61,920 nucleotides of DNA from Corallochytrium limacisporum Hawaii (lineage: Eukaryota > Protista > Pluriformea). Position numbers and translations under genes: made by a program. The notes below the pieces were generated by a model. The model had not been told where the DNA came from. It saw only the letters and a program-made list of their open reading frames with translations, and ran no database searches. Shown here one piece after another: positions 33,820 to 42,909 of the stretch. Each line of letters opens with the position of its first letter. The stretch's first letter is position 1. The stretch lies in NCBI GenBank assembly GCA_002811645.1, contig PDIP01000106.1, positions 55,783 through 117,702 of the forward strand, given 5' to 3'.

Positions 33820-35912
33820 GACTGGTGTCTATTTTAATCTCAATGTGTTGGTTTTGCTACTTATAACCGACGAGAATTTGGACTGCTTCTACGCTTTCAT
33901 CTCTGCACCTCTATTTCTAAGAAAAGGTTTTCTTCTCCGATATTATGCTTTAGGCAAAATTGAACAAAAGATCTACAGCTTTTTTTTTAGGGAAACTCCT
34001 CAAATACCTCACGCAACTCTGTGGCGCATTCATATTCTGCGCCCAGCATCGTCTTCATTCGATCTCCACAATCACCTCCCGGCCGCCCTTCCCCGCCTCT
34101 TTCTCAGCCAGTGCCCACAACCTCCCCCTCCTGTACGGTCACCCCGGCTGAACGGAGGGATGGTCAAGGGCGTCGGGACTAAATTAGGCCCCAGCTATGG
34201 TGGAATTTGAGATCCCGTATATTTAAATGAAGAATATCTGGCAACTAGTTGGGGTGGGTGCTGCGAACATATTCATCGGTCCAAAGCATCTACGGTGGTA
34301 TCCACAGTCGCTCTTCCCAAACGTTCATCCTGGAGTTTGAAGGTTCTAGAGGCTTTCCACTTCCTCTATACCACACCTATAGCCAAGGCAAATAGGTGAC
34401 AACATCCATGAGCCCAAGCAGGACGGAAGCAACTGAGAAAACTATAGGATTGTCTCGCACAGGCGAGCCAGGCGAGGGAGAGCGCATTTGGTTTGTGGAA
34501 TATCTTCACCATGGAGCCAAATGTCGTCATCTTTGCCTATACTCGAGGATGCTTACTAAAAAAATCAAGATGCCGGTCCTTCTTATGGTTAAATAGTAAA
34601 ATGCAACTAGATTCGACAAGTTTGTACTCCGAGAGACCGAGAAGCCAACTACAGGTCGTTGTCTCACAGAGTATGCCCGCTCTGGGGCATCCAGTTCATG
34701 TCAAAACACCAAAACAGGTAGGAGTATGAAATGGTGACAGACCTACCGTGTCGTAGCACAATCTCTGCTACCCATCTTCATGGGTACCATGTCTGTGCTA
34801 CTCCTCCGTGAGAACGCGGGAAGGCAATTGCTACGCTCCATGTTGGGAACAAATTCCGATCTCTCTTTGTCATCTCAAAGATTGCAAATCCTGGTAACTT
34901 CTCAACCACATACTTGCATCAAGAAAGGTTCTGTCTGGTGTATAAACTGTAAATGTTTAACATGTTCCACTGGACCTCAGTATTCACTCAGAAGTCAGAC
35001 TGATACTGCGATACCTCCATATCGCACTCGGCTCAACATCGACAACCCTTAACTCGGCGAGCGGGTTTCTCCGACGCCACGGGGTCTCGTCGCTAGGGCA
35101 CCCCGCGACCGTGACCGTGAGATCCGGCGCTCACGCCTTCAAAAATTATCAATACATTTAGTACGAAAATACTTTAGTGAAAATTGGCAGGCAGGGGGAT
35201 CATGAAGGAAGCGGTCGTTGGACCCCGCCCCCTTTGTCTCTACGGCGGGTCCTACAGTATATTCAGTATAGAACGCAAAATCCGGTGCGGCCGGCACAGC
35301 GAACCTTGATTCCGCCTGTCCAGGGTCACAATGCAGGCAAGATGGGAACCCATTTACTCTGTATGTCCATACAACGAAAGGTTTCCATCATCCCGAGAGC
35401 GAACACTGCTGAGACCGCCAGTTTGCAGCAGCCAACACGCTACTCGAATGCACTGCACTAGTATGATGGCTAAAGTACGCTGAAAGCCCGCCAGTGAACA
35501 TACCAGGTGCGAGTTCTCCCCACTATATGGGGCGGCTACACGTCCACACCAAAACCAGATGGAACACGGACCACCCAAATGATCTCACTCGTCAGTTGGT
35601 AATACGAATATCCTATGAATTGAAGTAGCCTAGTCAAGCTTACAGGGCGTTGTACGGGATAGTCGGAAAACGAATCTAGTCTGTATACTTTCAATACGTG
35701 CATGAGTGAGTGGTATTTTAAGTCACTCAATGAAACAGACTACTTTCTACGTGTAACAGCGTCAACCACCATTGCATGCATCCATTTTTGTATACAATGT
35801 GAGTGCTCAATAGATTTGAGGAAAGGGAGCACGAGATCATGTGATAGGCTCGGCCTCTATGGTTGTGAATAGTTAACAACCTGAGTAGATCTACAATTTA
35901 CCCTCGGAGACT

Positions 35913-38168
35913 ATGGCCGGACGGGAAGAGCCAAGGCTTCTCGTCCCGGATGCTGGTGACGTCCCCTCCGAAAGCGATCAGTGTGATCAACGCAACCATG
36001 ACAACTTTTCACCTCAGGAGCATGTTGGCTCCCAAGGAGATATCAGACAGATCCGAACAAACCCTGCTACGCACTTGATGGCTCCAGGGCAGGGCACTAC
36101 CAAGACCAAATCTCTTGACGGAGAGACAGGAATCTTGGCGCAAAGTACGAATTCAATGACACGTGTTCATCCTCATGTCAATATGGGAGTCAGTGGTAAC
36201 AACGCATCCAAAAATAGGCCATTACAGACAAGATCGGAACAATTAACAGGCCAGCCCGAAAGTAGCCGGTTCAACATGGGCCTACAGGTTCACAGTAGGG
36301 ACGAGTTGGAGGAATACGACGACTCTCAATTTGTGGTCAGGGAACGAGTGCAGTGGTTCAATGGCAAGATCAGCTACACAGTGCCTATCCTGATCCCGGG
36401 ACACTGGGCTCTACTTTTCTGGGACGCGCTTATGTTTGTAGTCATGCTCTACGTTGCCTTCATCATCCCTTTCCGAGCTGCTACTTTCCATTCCAGCGAC
36501 GGCCCATGGTTCTGGGTTGACGTGTTCATCGATTTTATTTTCCTGATCGACATGATTCTGACATTTCACACAGCGTATTGGGATGCAGACCACCAGATGA
36601 TCACTGATCCGAAGATGATCGCGCGTCACTACCTTCGGACGTGGTTTTTGGTAGATCTGATTGCCCTCTTCCCCGTCTACCTGTTGGACGGCTCAAGCGT
36701 GACCAAGACGGCCCGTCTTACCCGCCTGAGTCGAATAGCCAAAATTTTCCGGGTTCTGCGCATCCTTAAACTGCTTAAGCTCTTCCACAACAATCGCTTT
36801 CATGGAGTGATGAACCATTCGAGCATGCGTGTGGGTGTCCGTCGGTTCCTTATGTTTATCTTTTGGACCATTCTGGCCCTACACCTGGCTGCGTGCCTGT
36901 GGATGTTCTTCCCGGGGTTGAATGACTACGATGAGGACACGTGGGTCTACCATGCCGGTTTTGTGGATCCGACTACTGGTAACGTTGATATTCCAGCCAT
37001 GTACATTGCCTCACTATACTGGGCGACCCAGACCATGACCACGGTTGGGTACGGTGACATCGAACCACAGAGCAGCGGCGAACGCGTCTTTGCAACACTG
37101 ATGATGCTGACGGGTGCCATGTTCTATGCCTTTGCCGTCTCAAATATTAGTTCCATTCTATCTAGTGTGGATGCCGAAGAGACACTGCATAAGCGCAAGA
37201 TGGACTCACTGAATGAGTATATGCGCGAAATACATTTGTCCAAAGAACTGCGGTTCCGCTTGCGCAATCACTTTCGACACTACCGCCCAAACAAGAGCCG
37301 AGTTGGTGCCGAACAGAAACAGGCCATCCTTAACGAAATGCCAAGTTCCCTACGATGGGAGGTGGCCAAGCACGTGTACTCAGAGAACTTCTTGGAAGGC
37401 AACGAATTTCTCAACAAGTTGCCCAAGGCAATGGCCGCAACACTGATTCTGAATTCGAAGCGCCTGGTTGTGGACAAGAGCCACTACATTATCACAGAGG
37501 GCGAAGTTCCGAACGACCTCTACCTGCTTAAGCGCGGAGACCTCAAGGTCAAGATTGCGGGCACCAAACAGATTGCCATCCTAAGCACCGGAGCACATGT
37601 AGGTGACAGTCTCTTTGTATACACTTCACAGCCTTTCTCCGTGATCGCACACTCGCAGTGTGAGCTCTATTTTGTCAACAAACGCACCCTTGCTGACATC
37701 ATGACGGACTATCCAACGCAGGCCATGGAAATCAAGCAACGTGCCCAGGACCATATATCCTGGATGATGAGAGAACTCAAGGTCAGTTTACCTGCTCTGT
37801 CACAGTATGGGCCTGCTGCCAAACGGCGTGTTAGCAAACCGGTTGGTGTTTCGGCAACCACCATTTTCGATGAGGAGGACGAGAGTGCTACAGACGGAGG
37901 CCATTCCGATTCTGGTGATGAGAGTCTCAAGGCTGATTCATGGGGGTCCAACAATTTGGCCACGGGCAGTCCGTCAAAGGAGCTGGTGCGCCTGTCCTTA
38001 GCATCGGATCTGAACGTGAAACCGCCCACTGCACCGGAAGAAGGGGCCTCTCTGCAATCCTTGCTCCGCCGCCATGCAGCTGCCCCGCAGGCCATAGCAG
38101 GCAACGAGCTTGTGCTGGCGGCCATTGCAGAACTGAAGGATGAGATATTGCGTATGAAGACAGGTTGA
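35913..38168 (+). CDS. 6TM K+ channel with C-linker and cyclic-nucleotide-binding (homology) domain, KCNH/HCN-like
   Basis: S1-S3 with DMILTFHTAY and IARHYLRTWFLVD; Arg/Lys-rich S4; pore SLYWATQTMTTVGYGDI; C-linker; CNBD-like IITEGE..NDLYLL.RG. Confidence 0.9.
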   Translation: MAGREEPRLLVPDAGDVPSESDQCDQRNHDNFSPQEHVGSQGDIRQIRTNPATHLMAPGQGTTKTKSLDGETGILAQSTNSMTRVHPHVNMGVSGNNASKNRPLQTRSEQLTGQPESSRFNMGLQVHSRDELEEYDDSQFVVRERVQWFNGKISYTVPILIPGHWALLFWDALMFVVMLYVAFIIPFRAATFHSSDGPWFWVDVFIDFIFLIDMILTFHTAYWDADHQMITDPKMIARHYLRTWFLVDLIALFPVYLLDGSSVTKTARLTRLSRIAKIFRVLRILKLLKLFHNNRFHGVMNHSSMRVGVRRFLMFIFWTILALHLAACLWMFFPGLNDYDEDTWVYHAGFVDPTTGNVDIPAMYIASLYWATQTMTTVGYGDIEPQSSGERVFATLMMLTGAMFYAFAVSNISSILSSVDAEETLHKRKMDSLNEYMREIHLSKELRFRLRNHFRHYRPNKSRVGAEQKQAILNEMPSSLRWEVAKHVYSENFLEGNEFLNKLPKAMAATLILNSKRLVVDKSHYIITEGEVPNDLYLLKRGDLKVKIAGTKQIAILSTGAHVGDSLFVYTSQPFSVIAHSQCELYFVNKRTLADIMTDYPTQAMEIKQRAQDHISWMMRELKVSLPALSQYGPAAKRRVSKPVGVSATTIFDEEDESATDGGHSDSGDESLKADSWGSNNLATGSPSKELVRLSLASDLNVKPPTAPEEGASLQSLLRRHAAAPQAIAGNELVLAAIAELKDEILRMKTG

Positions 38169-38294
38169 AGAGATGTACCGGAGAAGGGTATCGAAGATAC
38201 GTATGGAATCGTCCTTGACAAATCAAATAGACTACATAGAATAAGCATGCAGGAGTAACAGACCCTCGATTTTATTGTTAACAACCCGTATGTA

Positions 38295-38418
38295 GTCGAT
38301 CTGGAATTGTGCGGCGCCTGGCATCAAAAATCGCTTCTTGCGCTCCTCTTCCTGGCGACGACGATGCTCAATGGCCGCTCGTTCCCGTAGGTGCCGTGCG
38401 CGCTCCTCTACTGGACAT
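38295..38418 (-). pseudogene. RIB43A (RIBC) axonemal protein N-terminal remnant
   Basis: Manual translation gives LRERAAIEHRRRQEEERKKR, then after a 1-nt shift at about 38331 IFDARRRTI. This matches the RIB43A N-terminal pattern E.AAIE.RR..E.ER..RIF..R.R.IG. ATG at 38418 is out of frame and the rest of the gene is absent. Not in the ORF track. Confidence 0.65.
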
Positions 38419-39739
38419 TTTACCCAGAGGAGGGGAGGGGGAGGGGAAAGCCGCGAGTCATCTTGGCTAATAGTAAGTTAACCATGAAAAATTTGTGCAT
38501 CGAACGCACTTGTGAACCCCGAATCGCAGTTAGCCGAGGATAGACCATGCTCATAGAGCGATTATAGGCAAGTTTGTACCCTGGGGGAAATGTGTTGCGT
38601 ATACAATCCAATACTGGCTGATCCACCTACCGCACGCATGTGGACGGTGCCCGCCAGTACGGACCCCCAGTTCCCCTCAAGACCCTCCCTTTGCGAATCG
38701 TCTCCATGGAGAGACTCCCAATCCGTTAACAGGCAGATTCGGTATTTTTGAGAATACATTTTAACACCTCCGTCCTCTCCCTCTTCTCCTCTTTGAAACC
38801 CAAAACCCAACCAACCGCCTGTCCGCCGCCCCGTGGGGGCTACACGTCAGACCGGCAGGTATTGGTTCGAGGACATTTTTTCCCGTGCGGAGGGGGGATG
38901 GGAGGGCAGGGATATCGGGAGAACCGACCGAACAAGGATTTTTCGACAATTTAACAATCGCACGCACGCACACATCCCCTCTGAAACTCTGAAACCCGGG
39001 CCCCCCCCCCTCCCTCTCCTCCTCGTCCCCCGCTTTACAACATCGAAAATCAGAAACTCCGTCTGCGAGCGGGGCCCGTCCCTGTCCCCTTTTCTACCTG
39101 TTCCTTTGGGCGGCCGGGATGATTTGTCGTTCGGGGAAAAAATGTGAGGAAGAGTACGAAACGATTGCTGGACTGTGTGTGTGCCAAGGTCTGAAAGGAA
39201 AACCATCGAACCGGGGAAAAGACAGGGGCGAGTTATGAATCCTTAGAGTCCGTGGCAAGGGGGAGCAGCCAAGGGACCGACCGAGGTCGTAAGCCCCGCC
39301 GCCGAGCCAATCGTTCCCTGTCCATCAGTACAGGGGTACCCCCCCTCCCTCTCTCCTTGTTCCTTTCTTTGCCAATCGGCAAACAACGAAAGACCTTTTG
39401 ATACCGTGTTATGATAATTCCTGGTCGCAGCTTGAGGGGGGGGGGACACCGAATAAGGATGTGTACCCGCAAAGGAAAGATAAACTGCGGAAGAAACAGT
39501 GGAGAACGACGGGGAGAGAGGGAAGGGGGGAGGGGGTGCCTGGGGGGACGGCTCCCCTCACACTGAATCGGCGGGAGACCAACTCGCACTCTCCGACCCC
39601 CTCTTCCGCGAGGCAAAGGCAGGCGAGGGAGGGACCGGAGATGGTGTACCTGGCCCCTTAGCACCAACCGTGGTGGTATGCCCTTCGGTGCTTAATCTAT
39701 TGACATATCACACTCCTTGTTTGCTTTTCTTTGCGAGCG

Positions 39740-39865
39740 GTGAGTTTTCTCATATGCTTTGGTAGGCGCCCTCCATGGGCACTTGGGTGTCTCTACGGAT
39801 AGCAAAATTCTCAATGACGACTAACTGATCCATGTTTGGTGCCTCCGGGTACTTCATGTGTTCAG
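39740..39865 (+). other. Possible 5'-UTR intron upstream of TM9SF gene
   Basis: GTGAGT donor at 39740, GACTAAC at 39819-39825, first downstream AG is ttCAG at 39865. Confidence 0.45.
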
Positions 39866-40061
39866 TCCCACGGAGAACTTATAGCGTAAACTGGGATAGT
39901 TGGCAAGTACTACTGAACCTTCAAACCGGGTAGACGGATAAGCATCACCATGACATTGTCACAATCATAACAGTTCGTAGAACACCGACTATAAACTCTC
40001 TTTAGGTTTTATTTTGACAAAAACAAACATAGGGACAAAAGGAAAACAAACCCGCAATTTG

Positions 40062-42011
40062 ATGAAACCGATCAATATGCGTCCGGTACGGTCCACAAGT
40101 AGTGGATCTGCAACCACATGGCTAGTTCATTGTATTGCCCTACTACTGGCATTTGTCAGCTGTACGGAAGCGTTCATCATGATGCCAGGTGTGCGACCTC
40201 GTGAGTTTGACGATGGCCAGAAAGTAATTCTCCAGGCGGTGAAGATGACGAGCACGAAGACACAGCTGCCGTATGACTATTACTATTTAAACTTTTGCGA
40301 GCCGGAAAACCTGAAATATTCAAGCGAAAGCCTTGGAGAGGTGCTACTGGGTGACCGCATTGCCAACCTGCCTCATGAATTGGCCATGCGCAAGAACAAG
40401 GACTGTACTGTTCTCTGTCACAAAACACTTAGTGCAGATGATATCAAGGAATTTGCTAAGTTCATTGAAAATGAATACCGGGTTCACTGGATGACAGATT
40501 CACTGCCGGGAGCCATGCGATTTCGTAACGCGGAGGGCCGAGAAGTACTCTTCCGTGGTTTCCCGCTGGGAACTGTGAATGAAGCTGGGTTGATCATACT
40601 CTACAACCACGTAGATATCACCCTTAGGTACCACCCCCACATTAGCACCGATCGTAAGGGACAGGCTCACGCCCCGACCACGCGGTATCGCATTGTTGGC
40701 TTCGAAATTACGCCCTTGAGCATGGAAGAGAAGGCTCAAGCCGCCAACGATAACGAACCTTGCCTTCCTGGATCGGCCGCGCCATACATCATCAACCCCA
40801 ATGCTGACCGGGAACAAGAAATCACCTTCACGTACGCAATTAAATGGGAAATGGTCGACGCGACGTGGGCTGCTCGTTGGGATGCCTATCTGCTCAGCGG
40901 TGACCAAGGAGTGCACTGGTACTCTATCATAAACTCCATCCTGGTGGTGATCTTCCTCTCTGGGATTGTGGCGGTGATCATTGTGCGGACGCTGCGGAGG
41001 GACATTGCACGCTACAATGAAGAGGACGAGGACCTAGAGGATGCTATCGACGAGACTGGGTGGAAGCTCGTGCACGGTGATGTATTCCGTCCTCCTCGGC
41101 ATGCTGGTCTGCTCGTCGCTTCCGTGGGCGTGGGAATGCAGATTCTGGGCATGCTGCTTGGTGTCCTGGTGCTGAGCGCCCTCGGTATGCTTAGTCCGGC
41201 CTCTAATAATGGCCAGATCAGTTTAGCTCTGGTCCTATTCGGGTTCATGGGTGTATTCTCGGGTTACCATGCCGCCCGCTTCTATAAGACTATGAAGGGC
41301 AAGGAATGGCACCGCACTGCTTTGCTCACAGGCACACTGTACCCTGCCATTGCCATTGGTATGTATCTCATGGTCGACTTTGTATTGCTGAGCAAACAAA
41401 GTAGCGGTGCCGTCCCGTTTTCTTCTTTCGTTGTCATCTTGCTGTCCTGGCTTGGACTGAGTCTACCGCTCGTATATGCCGGCTTCTACTTTGGCTATCG
41501 TAAGAAGGCCATCGAGGCACCTGTCCGAACCAATCAGATCCCCCGTCAAGTACCTGAACAACCTCTGTACCTGCGGCCCATTCCTTCGATGATGCTAGCT
41601 GGCATCTTCCCATTTGGTGCCGTCTTCATTGAACTGTTCTTTGTCATGTCCAGTTTATGGCAGGGCACGTTCTATTACCTATTCGGATTTCTGTTTATTG
41701 TGTTTGTCATTCTGATTGTGACATGTGCAGAGATCACCATTGTAATGGTCTACTTCCACCTCTGTGCCGAGGATTACCACTGGTGGTGGCCCAGTTTCAT
41801 GACTAGTGGTTCGCTGGCTGTGTACGTGTTACTGTACGCCATAGTCTATTACGTCACGCGCCTAGATATCGATACGATGGCCAGTACCATCCTGTACTTT
41901 GGCTACACCTTGATCATGGTATCTACCTTCTGGTTCATGACTGGAGCAGTTGGGTTCTTGGCCACATTTTGGTTCGTAAGGCGAATCTACGGTGCTGTTA
42001 AGGTGGACTAA
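40062..42011 (+). CDS. Transmembrane 9 superfamily (nonaspanin/EMP70), TM9SF4/2-like
   Basis: Signal peptide, KMTSTKTQLPYDYY, ESLGEVL.GDRI, HWYSIINS, ETGWKLVHGDVFRPP, PVRTNQIPRQVP, C-terminal KVD. Confidence 0.93.
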   Translation: MKPINMRPVRSTSSGSATTWLVHCIALLLAFVSCTEAFIMMPGVRPREFDDGQKVILQAVKMTSTKTQLPYDYYYLNFCEPENLKYSSESLGEVLLGDRIANLPHELAMRKNKDCTVLCHKTLSADDIKEFAKFIENEYRVHWMTDSLPGAMRFRNAEGREVLFRGFPLGTVNEAGLIILYNHVDITLRYHPHISTDRKGQAHAPTTRYRIVGFEITPLSMEEKAQAANDNEPCLPGSAAPYIINPNADREQEITFTYAIKWEMVDATWAARWDAYLLSGDQGVHWYSIINSILVVIFLSGIVAVIIVRTLRRDIARYNEEDEDLEDAIDETGWKLVHGDVFRPPRHAGLLVASVGVGMQILGMLLGVLVLSALGMLSPASNNGQISLALVLFGFMGVFSGYHAARFYKTMKGKEWHRTALLTGTLYPAIAIGMYLMVDFVLLSKQSSGAVPFSSFVVILLSWLGLSLPLVYAGFYFGYRKKAIEAPVRTNQIPRQVPEQPLYLRPIPSMMLAGIFPFGAVFIELFFVMSSLWQGTFYYLFGFLFIVFVILIVTCAEITIVMVYFHLCAEDYHWWWPSFMTSGSLAVYVLLYAIVYYVTRLDIDTMASTILYFGYTLIMVSTFWFMTGAVGFLATFWFVRRIYGAVKVD

Positions 42012-42255
42012 GGCTGGCTCATAGTGGCCTATGAGTACCGTACAAAGAAAGCGAAAAAGACACATAAGGAATATAAAGTAAGCGGCATACCAACGTTGTA
42101 CGCACAGCAATATTTTTAGGATCATATGGTCAATGTCAAGAAGAAGGCTGATGTACTATATGCAGTTCAAAAGTGGAAAGACCGCAAGCACCGACACTTA
42201 AGGTCAAACAAAACGAAATCGTATGGAAGGTTTCATGGCCATGGCGGAAGGTTGA

Positions 42256-42909
42256 TCAGCTCGTTATTTTTATGAACCCATCCTCCACTTCTTCAGTCTC
42301 AAAGTCCTTGATGGCCCCCTCATCTGGGGTTGCGGCGGCTTCGTTACCCAACCCATCTTCTTCTTGTTCCGCGTCACTGTCCTTGGCCTTGGCTGGCTTT
42401 TGCTGTGAGTGAGATCCCTTGGCAGGCCTGCGCATCTTGCTACAACGCTTCTTCTTCGTCTTCGGGTCCTCTACCAACCCCATGGCTATCGCACTGGCGT
42501 GCGCGATTCCGGCTACAATACCAATCGGTAGTGTCAGTCCTACAAAAGCCATGAACACGGGAACCATCCACATACCTGTGAATGCGGAGGCAGGGAACGT
42601 GACGGCGGCTACGCCTGCGTAGACCTTCCAATTATGCTGAGAGTGTGGTGATGATCCTACAGAATCACTGGCAAAGGCACACATTAGCGCCGTATTCATA
42701 GCTCCCATAGCCACAGGCAGTGCGATAGCGGCGGGATAGAAAAGATAGCCCATGCCGGCAGCGTACCAGGGTAACCAACTTCCGTAAACTGCCTGGGTAG
42801 GCCATTGGCACAGGTGCACCCAGGCGCTGAAGGCATTCCAGATGCCTCCTACTGACATAGTTGCGTCAATGAGGGTTCCGAAGATGAGTGCGTTGGTCTG
42901 CTTGCTCAC
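42256..42909 (-). CDS. Hypothetical multi-pass membrane protein
   Basis: 217-codon ORF with several hydrophobic segments followed by a basic then acidic tail; start uncertain (GTG 42909 or ATG 42858); no family recognised. Confidence 0.5.
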   Translation of the reverse strand: MSKQTNALIFGTLIDATMSVGGIWNAFSAWVHLCQWPTQAVYGSWLPWYAAGMGYLFYPAAIALPVAMGAMNTALMCAFASDSVGSSPHSQHNWKVYAGVAAVTFPASAFTGMWMVPVFMAFVGLTLPIGIVAGIAHASAIAMGLVEDPKTKKKRCSKMRRPAKGSHSQQKPAKAKDSDAEQEEDGLGNEAAATPDEGAIKDFETEEVEDGFIKITS

